From NCBI GenBank assembly GCA_048013815.1, contig CM106585.1, positions 1,674,001 to 1,738,000 on the forward strand: a stretch of 64,000 nt of DNA, in the 5' to 3' direction. Both the position numbers and the translations under genes were made by a program. This DNA is from Setoptus koraiensis. Taxonomy: Eukaryota > Animalia > Arthropoda. Every line of letters begins with the position of its first letter. Position 1 is the stretch's first letter. The notes beneath the pieces were generated by a model. That model was not told where the DNA came from and searched no databases. It was given only the letters and a program-made list of their open reading frames with translations. Of this stretch, positions 1 through 12,254 are shown in pieces.

Positions 1-311
1 AGGAGGTTTATTTCCTTTTATGTGGCAATATATCCAATAAAGATACGCCTTGTGCTTGCATGATGCTTTTCGTTCATTCACACTAATGCACACGAGCATC
101 ATGCTGCTCATGTTTGAACATATGACTTTTGTTGGGCAAAACAAATCAACATTGCAAACAACACATTAGAATTGTCCTCATTTCATCATGATAGCCCATA
201 TATCATCATCGGTATATCATTGGACTCAGATTATTATGATGATGACAGGAAATTTCAATCTTATTTAGAATGGCTGATGTCTCTTCAGAAAACCTCCAAA
301 ATCATAAACAG

Positions 312-319
312 TATCGATA
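312..319. promoter_or_regulatory. DRE-like element (TATCGATA) upstream of LSm8
   Basis: Perfect TATCGATA palindrome 63 bp upstream of the LSm8 ATG. DRE/DREF marks housekeeping promoters in Drosophila; function here is inferred. Confidence 0.35.
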
Positions 320-381
320 ATTAGATTAATACGGATTGAATCAATTGGTCACTAAAAAATCATTAATACTATCAGTCAATC

Positions 382-699
382 ATGACCCAACCGAAGACTG
401 TGTCCCTAACTACTTCCGTCTTAGAAGCTTGTGCAGACCAGACAGTCTCCGTGATAACAGCCGACGGAAGAATACTAGTTGGATGCTTGAAAGGTTTTGA
501 CCATGCCACAAATGTCATATTAGATGATTGTCATGAGCGGGTCTACTCAATGGATCAGCCCGTGGAAAAACAGAGACTGGGTCTTTATATCATTCGAGGA
601 GAAAACATAGCTGTTATCAGTGAAATAGACACTAATATAGATAGAAACTTGGATCTAGAGAATTGTCGGGCGCCTCCTCTGAAACCCGTGAAGCATTGA
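382..699 (+). CDS. LSM8: U6 snRNA-associated Sm-like protein LSm8 (105 aa, intronless)
   Basis: Sm1/Sm2 motifs VSVITADGRILVGCLKGFDHATNVILDDCHERVY and LGLYIIRGENIAVISEID, plus C-terminal RAPPLKPVKH, align colinearly with metazoan LSm8. Confidence 0.95.
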   Translation: MTQPKTVSLTTSVLEACADQTVSVITADGRILVGCLKGFDHATNVILDDCHERVYSMDQPVEKQRLGLYIIRGENIAVISEIDTNIDRNLDLENCRAPPLKPVKH

Positions 700-1019
700 A
701 ATGTTCTATTGGTCATATCTACTAAAGCTGCGGCACCGACAAAACCTAGAGAATTCCAACAACCGACACACACTTAAACAACTGGCACTAAAAGAAGTTC
801 CAGAAATCAAAACATATATCACTTGTATATTATCAATCTAATAAAGTTTACATTAAAAACATCCTTGTATTATTAAGAAAATGTCACACCTATACAGATA
901 CAACATAGGTCCTTTAGAATCTACTCGATCTGTACTATTGTGCTCTAGTCAATCAGTGAAGTGTAAATGTTTGTTTTTTGGCCTTATGGTAAAATTGATT
1001 GTTGCATGGACGTTGATCT

Positions 1020-1175
1020 TCAAAAATCTGCATCAAGAGTAAATTTCATATCATCCGATGTGTTGGTCATAACGGCATTACTATTCTGATATGAGACTTT
1101 GGCGTCGTGCATGATTTTATCCTTGCTCTCAGAGGCATCGTCCAAGAAATCGAATGGATTTTCTTTATTGTAAAA
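1020..1175 (-). CDS. RRM2: RNR small-subunit homologue, exon 2 (FYNKENPFDF...KFTLDADF*)
   Basis: Acceptor cacag|TTT at 1175, phase 0. The 52 codons end in the canonical R1-binding heptapeptide FTLDADF and TGA (1022-1020). Not in the ORF track. Confidence 0.93.
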   Translation of the reverse strand, partial: FYNKENPFDFLDDASESKDKIMHDAKVSYQNSNAVMTNTSDDMKFTLDADF

Positions 1176-1284
1176 CTGTGAAATTGAATATAAATAGAAA
1201 GGATATTAGTTGAGGACTGACACACATTGCATCAATTATTTGTTTGGAAGAAATCATTAAAAGTTTCATAGTCTATTAGCTTAC

Positions 1285-2157
1285 CTTTGAGTAGCCGAGA
1301 TCAACGAGCAGACGATCGGCAGCAAATTCTATATATTGTCTCATGAGGACACAATTGATACCAATGATGCTTACTGGCAATGTTTTAGTCATGAACATAG
1401 AGGCCATACTGGTTATTTCTTGTACAATTTCATGTGCTCTATCCTCGCTAAGTTCGTCCTCCACATATTTATAGAGCAAACAAGAGAAACTACAATTCAA
1501 TTGCTCATCCCTACTAATGAGATCGTTGCTTGAGTATAGCCCTGGCATTAAGCCTTCACGCTTAACCTTGAGCCAACCAATAGTGGCAAATGGGCCAGCT
1601 AATAGAATCCCTTGGAGGCACGCGAAGGACAGCAGTCTTTCGGCAAATGTTTTGCTTTCCATAGTTGTAGATTTAATCGCCCATTTTAAGATATCCCTCA
1701 TGTTTGGCATGTTTAAAGTGTCAACAATAAGCTGATCCCTCTTTTGGACATTGTCCCCAAGTAGCTCGTCTATGACCATAGAGTACATCACTCTGTGTGT
1801 CTTTTTAACGTCTGCTTGCGATCCAAAGAAGTATGTGGCCTCTTTGATTTCAGTTTTGTTTATAAATTTCATAAATAATTCCTTGTTGATGACGGTCTGA
1901 TGATAAGTAAATAGAAAGCCCAGCAATTTCAATAGGAACTCTCTCTCATCTACAGTAAATTTACTTCCAAAATCCACGCTGTCCTTGGAAAGGTATACAT
2001 CATTAACTGTCCAAAATGAATCCAATGTTGCCTGATACATCAACCAAATATCCTCATATTCCACTGGCAATGTGACGTATTTTGAGGGGTCTGCAGACAG
2101 TAGCATGGATTCATCATTGACATGTGTCGGTTGTTCAGTCACTTTATCCGAAGCCAT
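1285..2157 (-). CDS. RRM2: RNR small-subunit (R2) homologue, exon 1; divergent, iron ligands substituted; spliced protein 342 aa
   Basis: R2 motifs PVEYEDIW, SFWT, LSKD, GLMPGL, SNDLISRDE, QYIEFAADRLL. Donor AAG|GTAAGC at 1285/1284; 109-nt intron. Confidence 0.92.
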
Positions 2158-2940
2158 TGAAGTGATTTAGTAATTTTTTTGAACAAGAGTAGCAATATTG
2201 ATATTATCAAAAACAGTATTTGTCTGTAGCCAACTAATGGTCAGGAAGGGTGAAACGATGTCTCAAATACGAATGTTGGCTTCGTGTTACATGAGACAGG
2301 CCCACGAGTTTGTCATGCACAAACAAACAAAAGGACAAATGCGCGCCTTTTTCTAACGCCATCTCGGAGTGCAAACTTTTACTATCGATTGGTTGGTTTC
2401 ATGCATCATGCTCAATAGATGGCTCTATATTTCGACTGTAGATTCAATGGATGTGCTATGCATTATGCCTGATAATTGATTATGTAATTATCTCGAAAGC
2501 TTATACACGATGTTGTGAGCGGGTCCTATCGTTTGTTCAATCAGAACGTCAAAAGCAAGAGCTCTGTGGATACTCTGAAATGCATCAAGATTTGAACTCA
2601 CCAAAAGTTCACAACAGCAACAAATTCAACCAAATTACAAACTCGAAAAGATATTTCTGGCGCTTACACTGCTGGAGTCAACCGGCGACACGGTCTCGGT
2701 AGAGAGTGGACAAAGGAATGACTGGGCAACATCTTTGATTGCAGGACTTGAATTTCAAACATTGATTGGTTGTTGGATCGTATCAGTCAGATAGTAAGAT
2801 ATCATTTTAATAATAATAATAATTATAATTTTGATAAAATTTTTTCAATCCTTGTGTGCATATCGTGCTACCTATAGCACGTAGCAACTCACAATTGAGG
2901 CTTGATTGTTTTCACAAACCCATAACATATATAACATACA

Positions 2941-2994
2941 TATCTATATATATATATATATATATATATATCTATTTATATATATATATATATA
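2941..2994. repeat. Interrupted (TA)n microsatellite in the SoxF 3' region
   Basis: Directly visible TA runs about 160-215 bp downstream of the SoxF stop. Confidence 0.9.
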
Positions 2995-3155
2995 AAATGC
3001 TTACCGCTCATTTCTTGTTCTCTTTCTACTTCTTTCTGTCTGTCCGTCCCTTAATATCTATCTATGGATCTATTTATGTTTACACAGGTATTTTCACCTA
3101 AATTTAATTTTAATAGTTTTAAAATAACGATAAGCAACAGTATTGATTCTATTTA

Positions 3156-5308
3156 TCAAACATGCCAAAGAGACTGTCCAACCGACAACGAAGCGCTACT
3201 AGTTGAAGTTGTGACAAAATTTTGTAATCCTGACAGTGCCGATTGATGTATCACTGATTGCCCAGTTGTTGTTGTATTGCCCGTATTCGACATAGTTAGA
3301 GCTGAAGAAGGAGTGGAAGAAGATGAGGATGACGACGCGGATGAAGAAGATGACAAAGGATGGTGATCACTGGGAAATATTATCGAAGAATTAGAGTACG
3401 ACGCATGTCCGCTGTGATGCGTTTGTTGCGCCTGGTGCTGGTGAGACAGCTGCTGAAGATGTTGTTGTTGCATATGAGCATGTAGATCATGACCATGTTG
3501 TTGCTGTTGTTGTTGCATGTGCAATCTTGACGGATCAGAATGATGGGCCAAATGTTGCGCTTGCTGCATATAATCGTGCCTAGATGCTTGTTGGTGTTGG
3601 TGATGGATATTAGGCTGTTGCATAACTTCGTTGCCTTCCTGTCCCCTGCTTGCAGCTCTGTCATGATGCATCGCACCATTGCCACTATTGCCACCGCTGC
3701 TGCCACTACCACCAGCACCGCTGTATTGATTTGATGTTAGTGGAGAGGGCTGGTACTGATTATGATGGTGGCCTTCTGCATTGATAGCCACATGAGCATT
3801 ATTGATGAGTGTAGCCGGATTTCGATCGTGATCCGCTGTTTGTTGTATGGCCACATAGCTACCAGTGCTTGTATTACTATTAGTATTATTATTACTACTA
3901 CTAGTTGTATCAGATGTTGCTGTCATATTAGAGGACAATGGTTGTGGTGCCGCAACTGTGGCAACTGTTGATCCGGATGATGATGCCGATGATGAAGAAG
4001 CCTGGTGGTTGGTTCGATTTTGCATATGAATTGAATCTTGGTGTAAATCTAATGCCTCTATAGGTGGCTGAAGTTGGTGCAAATTGGTGGTCGTGTGACC
4101 TGCAACTCCTTGATTTTGTTGCTGTTGTTGCTGCTGTTGGTTTGTTACATCAAGTTGATGCTGGTGGTAGTTGTGGTGATGTTGTTGCTGGTGATGGTTA
4201 TGCTGGTGAAGCTGTTGATGCTGTTGCTGTTGGACATAGGATGCAGGAGACGATGCCGAATATGATATCTCTAAATGATGCGGCTTCGATTGCATTTGAT
4301 AGGGATGATGTTGCCGCATGTGGTAATCATTGAAACCACCACTTGTTGTGTGATAGTGGTCATGAGTCATGTGCGCCTGCTGATATGTAACTAAATTTTG
4401 TTGGCAATACTGTTGCTGCTGATGATGCTGCTGCTGTTGCTGATGGTGTTGCATCTCCTGACTTATCGAAGTTGAATGGTCATGTTGGTTACTTAGGTGG
4501 TGTATGGTGTCAGTAGATATTGACGGCTGTTGCTGCAGCGACTTTAGACTATTTGTGGTTTGAATAACATTGTTCGAGAATTGATGATGTTGCGGATGAT
4601 GTGCGTGTGCCTGATGTTGATGCTGGTAGCGATCGTCGCTAATAGGTAAAGGTAGATGATGATGGTTATGATGGTGTTGCTGATGATTTAAATAGGGGAC
4701 CTCTTGATTATGATTGTTTCCACCTATTAATGTTGTTGTTGTTGGTCCAGGTGCTGGGGCTATAATATTATTTTCAGTATTATTAGCAGTGGCTGCGGTA
4801 TTTCCAGTATGTTGCTTATTGCTATTGTTTCCACCATATGGACTATTGTTTGGTGTAAGTTCTGGCGTTTGTATTCCACTTGAGGACATGATTAAATGAT
4901 TATTATAATTTGTAGATTGATTGATTTGTTTGTTACCATTACTTTGTTCCATAATTTGTTGTGCTTGGTGCTGTTCATCACAGTATTGGCTATTAGTTTC
5001 GCTATCACGACCATCACCATCGAGAAAGCCATCTTGGTTGTCTTGATCGTCGATCAGTTCTTCGTCATCCTCTTGATCCAAGGCCAACTGTTGATTGTTG
5101 TTCCCTTGATTTACCATAGGTATCTCTGTGATTCCAGACGTAGTTCGATCTACTCCGCTGGCCCCTTCACCCGTTATTGCACCCGGCCACACACTGGGAC
5201 TTTTGTTTCCTGAAACTCTGGTTCCGCCGATCGGTGGACGAGCACCCGGTGGTCCTGTAGTTCGTTTTCCATGCTTTCGCCTTCTGGGTCTGTACTTATA
5301 ATTAGGAT
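3156..5308 (-). CDS. SoxF: SoxF HMG-box transcription factor, exon 3 (HMG C-terminal tail plus Q/H/S/N-rich C-terminus)
   Basis: Acceptor aattag|AT CCT AAT TAT AAG TAC AGA CCC AGA AGG CGA AAG gives (Y)PNYKYRPRRRK and runs in frame into the 678-aa ORF 5192-3156. Confidence 0.93.
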
Positions 5309-7573
5309 CTAATTATTCATTGAACGTGATTTTTGGAATTATTTGGAAGTATTTAGATTATAATTAGAACTTTTTCAAACACGTGAGATATGACTAGAAC
5401 ATGAATGGCACAGTGAGATCTTTCTTTGGTTCGAATCATCGAGGTATTTTCTGTGATTCTCAAGCGAATTTATACCCTAAATATATTTTTGGTAGCTGAA
5501 ATCTGGTTATGGTTGCAGCCACATTTAGTTGTTAATTCCTTGATTGATAGCTAGTTCAGATTATAATATCCTCAACTTAAAAACCATCTTCTCCAAATCA
5601 AATTAGAAGAAGAAGAAGACTAGAACTTTTCTAGACGGTAGTTACTTTGATAATGGCACTAACACATTTGCAATCAAGTGGCAAATACCGAACAGTCTAG
5701 CTAAGTCACCAATGTGGCTCAGCTTTAGATAATTCTAGCGACCACCACGGGGAGTAGTAAACGTCGAGAGAAGTAATAATCGCATAATACAATCCAAACA
5801 CAACTACAAATAGTAGTTTACAATAATGATTATCATCTTCAGACTGCGTTAGCGGCTATAGTTAACGCGATAGCAAATGTTCAACTTCGAACTCATATAT
5901 TGATAACTTATTTTTGGTGGCTGCAAATATCATCGGTGGTCGCGGTTGACGATGGTGGTGATGACTGGTTCCTGGTGAAGCAAGCATGATGGGCTTTAAG
6001 CCAACATCAAAACCATAAAGTCGGTCCCAGTTCTGCAAACCTTAAATATCTTTCTTCTCTCTTTTTCTCTATTCCATCTAGATAAGGCGATTTTAAAGAT
6101 GGTTGAATCACTTCAATACAGAAGCTACTAGTTTTAGCTGGATGTAACGAAACAAATGCCATCATCTTGTTAGTGTATGCTGTGTATTTTGACTTCTACT
6201 AACCGAACCATAATCTCCTTTTGCAGCTATCAAATGTTTGTTTTACTACCTGCTGATAAATCTTCGAGTTTCGCCGATCGTTCTCTCCTTATTTCACTCT
6301 ATCCCTCTCAGTCTCAAATATATACAGCAATCAACAATGATGATGAAAATTCACACTGTATAGTTAACTTTCAATTGATTACAACTGAACTACGTTCAAG
6401 TAGCTAGAGTGGTGTTGTGCGTGTATTGATTAGTTGGCCACAAGACTGTGGCTTCAGTGCATCTAAAAAGTAGCTCTGTCCTCCTGTCCCAGTGGTTCTT
6501 TTTGGTTGTTGTTTTTGGCAAAAACCATACAACATGGACCGACTGTGATAAATCACAAGCTACACACTCATGTGATTCTGACATGAGTGTGCTATGCAAA
6601 TATTTGTGCTACACACAAAGAACCCTTCCTATTATTTACTATTATTCAATCAATATAGAGGCTCGTATCAAGTTAGATACAATCATTCGGTTTCGATAAT
6701 TAAAGTCACACTATGAAACATGGAAGATACGTTGGATATCCGAAAGTGAGCTCTATCGAAGTGCTGACAGGTTTTGCCGCCACCATGTAATCAATCAGCT
6801 CATACTAGAGAGTAAAGCTTAATAATTTGTTGAGGCGCATTGGCTGAAGACACTCGCTATCATCATCAATTAGTAACGAAGAATAGCCCAAGAGGTTGTA
6901 TCAAATTTACTTTTGCTCTCTTTTTCATCCACCCAATGAACATATACGCATACAGACACACAGGTATATATACGTATCCTATGGTAGAGCAATAGCAAAT
7001 TGTTGCCACGGTCATTTTGGTTTGTTTCTCTCTGAAGAATTGAGAAGGTCTCACCTGTGGCAACTAGGTGGTGACCGGGCACCATGTAGGTTTTTTCTGC
7101 TTCTTCGTTACACACAAACAAAAACACACAGGTATATACTAGCTTCAACGTACAAACACTAAACCATGTGTGTATATAATAGGCGGTTTGATTTCTAGAT
7201 AAGTTACTTTGCATTCTGTGTTGTTTTACTCGATAGATCAGTAGGTTACGGTTCCTTACGTTCTTCACCTTCTACTTCGAGTCATTGTTCTTCTTCATCT
7301 CTCGAGATTAAATTCATTCTGCCACCTCACCGTCTGGCTCGCCTCCAAACCTACATGCCTCTCTTTCTCTCAGTCTATCGCGATATCGAAATGTGTGTTT
7401 CTCTGAGTGTGTGTGTGTGGCTGCCAGTGATTATTTATATTAGCGCTGTTGTGCCGACTAAACTAAATTTAAAAAGCAGTTGAAGTGTAAGCTCTTCTGT
7501 GGACCAACATAACCGAAACAGATATATACAAAAGAGTATGATGCTGGTTAGTGAGATAACTAGAGGAACTTAC

Positions 7574-7660
7574 AATCTTGCATATGTTGAACTCGTAGGC
7601 GTTCAGCTTCCTCGACGAATGGCCTACGCTCCTGAAGTGTTAATCCTCGCCATCTTTTAC
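7574..7660 (-). CDS. SoxF: SoxF exon 2 (87-nt HMG-box mini-exon)
   Basis: caacag|GT AAA AGA TGG ... CAA GAT T|GTAAGT encodes (G)[28 protein letters not shown](Y). Phase 1/1, matching both neighbours. Confidence 0.95.
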
Positions 7661-10334
7661 CTGTTGTTTGTAGAATCCATACATTGCCATCCAATGATGA
7701 GCGAGCGAGCGAGAGAGAATACGATTAATTACGATTGATTTTTGTTTACATTTGGTTGTTACGCCAGTTTGTATATATTTGCGCAATCGGTTATTGGAAA
7801 TTGCGGCAGTTGCAGTGAGTTTGGATTTGTTGCAGTGATGAATGGTGAAAAAACGTAGCGTTGCAGCAACGGTCATCATAATAAAAAAATCATCATTATT
7901 TGTTTTGCATCATTAGGCATGTATGGATACGTATAAGTCCATATTGATGATGGTTGGAAAACGATTGATACGGTCCGCCGATTTGGTTGAGTGGCGATAT
8001 TATTTGTGGCATTTTTTTTTTGTATTTTGTTTGTTTGAATGTTTGTGCTCAATTCAATTATTGCCAGCCAGCCGATCGGTGTGTCATGACAATAGATGAA
8101 GTCAATTGATAAGCATGAAGTGGCGTGTCGTCAATTTGATTAATCATAGTGTAAGCCATTTTGTTTATTTTGTATCATCGTTATTGATTCAATTGAAGCC
8201 ATTGATTTGGATCCGTGCATTCGTAGTGGAAATAGTTTCGTCCAGTGATTTTTTTGGGATTGTTAATTTTTTAATATATTGATAGGATGATAAATAGGAG
8301 AGAGCGGTGAGTGATTGTATCAACGTAATAATGAAAACTACACATATCATGCAATATCGTGTGTGGTCTTGATAAAAAGTCCAAATAAATCGTTGATAAA
8401 TATTGATAAACAATGATAAATAATGATAAATAATATTTCTCTGATATAAGAAGAATCCTTCTCCTTATTATCATTAGAGCATTATTTTCGATACATGTAG
8501 CACGCCAGACATTCGATTATAGGATTACGCAGCTAGCGCAACTCATTATGCCCTGTGCGAGCATATAGAGTTATGTGATGCGCAATTGACATCGACGCAC
8601 AGTGAGTCGCGTGGCAGAGGCCAATCGAATTATTGATGGTGCCTCACATTCACAGTGAGACGGTTTTCCATCGGAGGCGCCAATTTTGAAACAAAAAAAA
8701 AATGTCGAAATTGTCGTTCATCATGCAATTTCTCAGGTGGAAGCTGGCTTGCCATGAGTGTGGCTCTGGCATTTCAGCATTAGATCTCTCGTTATTCCAG
8801 TCTGATCCACAACAGTTGCGTCTGCAAGAAGAGAGCTTGCTCATCGCAATTATATAGATTTACTTTTAGATCTACATCAGAGAGATTGTGAGGCAAGCAA
8901 TTGTGGAGATATCAAATAATTGATCATATAGAGTAAGAATAGGGTCAGCATGATGATAATGGCGAGATAAATATGACGATCGCGCGCCGGCCAAAGGTTG
9001 CAACTACTTGAGAGATGACTATAATTGGTGCACGCACGCTCTTTCTGTGCGAGTTGCCAGAGTGATCTCATGTGTTTCGTTCGTAGCTATGTATTTTCGA
9101 CTACACCACTTTTCTACTACCACTGTAACAGGTTGACTCGAACGATACATGGGCACACAGCAATGTAATCATATGAGATGATTGTGGATTTGCCCGATTA
9201 TCTGATGATAATTATCAAGTGTGTCTAGTGATAGACACACAACTCAATCTGTCGCATGCCACTAACCGCTTCTTGTGCTGCCTTTGCTGCCGCTGCTGCC
9301 GGTGATGATCTGGTGGACCGTGATTCCGGTGGTCCTAGCAGCAAGCCCAAGTGGCGGAGATAGAAACACGGTGAATGGGCACTGGCGATCGTGCACCTTA
9401 TCGTTTGATTAAGACTGTTGTTGCACTGTTTTACGCCGAGTTGCAGCTTGCAAGGCCGCCACAGGTGGACGATGCCACAGGACGGTGCCACAGGACGATG
9501 CCTCAGGATGATGCCACAGGATGATGCAAGCGTGTAAGAGGCTGTTGTGTCGGCCAGCAGAAACGCAACACAAGGTAACAATCGAAGATGAAGAAATAAC
9601 TCTATCTATCGGCAACTTGTTTATTGTTGAGCAACTAGAGTATTTGACCATTGCAACACTGGGCCGACTTTTCTATAAATAGTGCAACGGTAGCGAGTGC
9701 GTCCCTTATAGTTGATAAGTCAGAATGGCCAGAATTACGCAATTTGTTCATTTGTTGTTATCTGTTAGCCGGGTTTGTGTTGTGAGGCGAGCAACGAAGT
9801 AGCAGCAGCAGCAGCAGCGCCAGCACAAGAAGAAGATGATGATGATGAAGATGATGAAAAAGTGGCCCAACGTTACATACCAACCGTGTTGAGCTGACAA
9901 GTTTGGGCAACGACGAATTTTCAAGTTCAATTTATACAGCCGGCCAGCCAGTTGTGGTGTTGTGTGTAGCAACACTTTGTAGAGTGTTGCCACAGTGGGC
10001 TTACATTATCAGCTCGATGGCATCAGACATTATCAGAGGCTATCAGACACCATCTGACTATCTATCAGACACTATCTATCGGCAAATATACATTGTAGAG
10101 ACAAGCAATTCGTGATGATAAGCTTGAAATACTACAAATGTTGTGCAACAGTGTTCTCGGTTAGCTACTGACGAGACATAGAGACGGACGGACGGACGCT
10201 TTTGGGTCGCTGTTGGACGGTCCATCAAGAACAACAACAGCAACATGATTGTAGTAGCTCGGACTTTCTAATATATACACACACATGATTGATGGTAGAC
10301 TGTGACCAGCAGGTAAGACCAGGTAGCCACACAT

Positions 10335-10375
<41 letters not shown>

Positions 10376-12178
10376 GGCACAACGGACGCACACATAGACA
10401 CACGTTGACTGGCTGGGCTCTGGTGAGCTGGTGAATCTAGTATCACTTATAATTACATAATAATAGCAGCTGACGAGTTGCATATTTTCAGCGACTGTCT
10501 CTAGTGAAAGATTACTGCAAGTGGGCATAGTTTTACGTATATCGGTCGACCAATGCGCTTGCCATGATGACAATCATCTTTCAGTCTGTTGTAATCTTTG
10601 GTCGTCGCGTTGCAGATTTGTGCTCTCAGATGTGAGCTGTGTCTCAGGCCGTGTCAGCTACAGCTACAAAAGTGCCTCTAAACTCTATACTACACAGTCT
10701 GTAGCTATAGCTACGTATAGTATGGAGAGAGGCTTTCGCGAAAGCTTCGCAAAGCCGACAACAGTGACTCTTAGTGGCGATGTAATAGTCACGATTGTGC
10801 GGTTATAAACACACACACACACACAAAGTTATGTAAGATGATTCAATGGCACAGCCACCACACACCGACAGCAAACATGCGGCAGCAAGCGTAAGAGTTG
10901 CATAAGAGTTTTGACATTGCTGACGCTGATACTGCAATCAAATCGAACACGACGACAACGACCAACCGTATACCGACTGTACACCGACTGAAGTGTGGGC
11001 CACCGCCGACGAAGACACCGTCGCAACGCCACCATCGCCGGTCACCAGGTTGGTCGCAAGCGACTCGCAACTGCAATATCGGCAACTTATGCAACATAAA
11101 TTGCTAATACAACTTGGTGTGCATGTTGTATCATGCCAGGCGATGCTAGGTGGTCGGTGATGCAACGCAACGCATTGTGTAACGAGTCACTGGCCAGTTG
11201 ATAATGCTGTTGATAATGTTGCCGAGGAATGGCACAAAGAACAATGTGCTTGCCTCGAATGGCACACACAAACATTCCAGTAAACGAGATGAAAATTCCA
11301 ACCGCTACCGGACACAGACAGCGACAGCACAGACTCTATCAACCGGCCACTGGCTACGCAACAACATGGCATGGCGACATAATGAGTCGACTCACATGCC
11401 CGATGAGGATTAGCGGCGATTTTTCGCTGCGATTGGCATGCAAATACTCCTTGTATCATCATTTGGCCGCTCGCAAGCGATACGCTGCCGCCGCTGCTGC
11501 CGCCGTTGTTGCCGCTGTTGTTGCCGTTGCGCAATGTTGTTGTTGCTGTTGTTGTTGCTGTTATTGTTGCTGCAGTCGCAATTGCATCTGCCCGTAATCG
11601 TCGCTGGCCGATCAGCCGGCACTTGTTGTTGTTGCTGTTGTATCATTGGCAGTGGCGTTTGTTGTCTTGTGTGACCATATAACAACTAACAGATTTGTTA
11701 TAGCCGGTGCAATTGAGTTTGAGTGAATTAAGAAGCTGCTCGCTGGCTGGCTGGCTGGCAGTGCGAGCGGCCGAGAACAGATTAGTTTGGGTGCTACTGT
11801 GTTGCTGTTGCTTGGTCACACACAATCAATTACATATGATGATCAATTTGAATTTGCGTGTCTCTCCCTCGGAGTTTCTGGTTGCTGAGACTTGCGCAAA
11901 GTTCGAAAAGTTTGCACAAATTGAGAGTCCCAACTTCGAATTCCAACACACACACACACACACAACAGGGCTTAAAACAGAGACATGCCAATTCGAGACA
12001 CCGATAATATACACACACTCGCAAACACTCGTGGGTATATTTATATCCAGCAAACACACGCATCGTACGCACACCGGCCAAGCTGGCATGCAATGTTAAT
12101 GACCTTGATCACAATTTAATAGAGACACGATATTTTACAGTAGTTCGCACAGGTGATTTTTGTTTGCCTTCCGTTACA

Positions 12179-12181
<3 letters not shown>

Positions 12182-12252
<71 letters not shown>
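12182..12252. repeat. (CA)n microsatellite, about 35 units
   Basis: Uninterrupted CA run. Shorter (CA/TG)n tracts recur through the intron, e.g. near 10336, 13257, 22216, 22733, 37372. Confidence 0.95.

Positions 12253-12254
<2 letters not shown>

Noticed and set aside
1-65. Minus-strand MQAQGVSLLDILPHKRKYNL running off the window edge
   Set aside because: Too short to evaluate. It could be the start of a gene divergent from LSm8, but there is no homology evidence.
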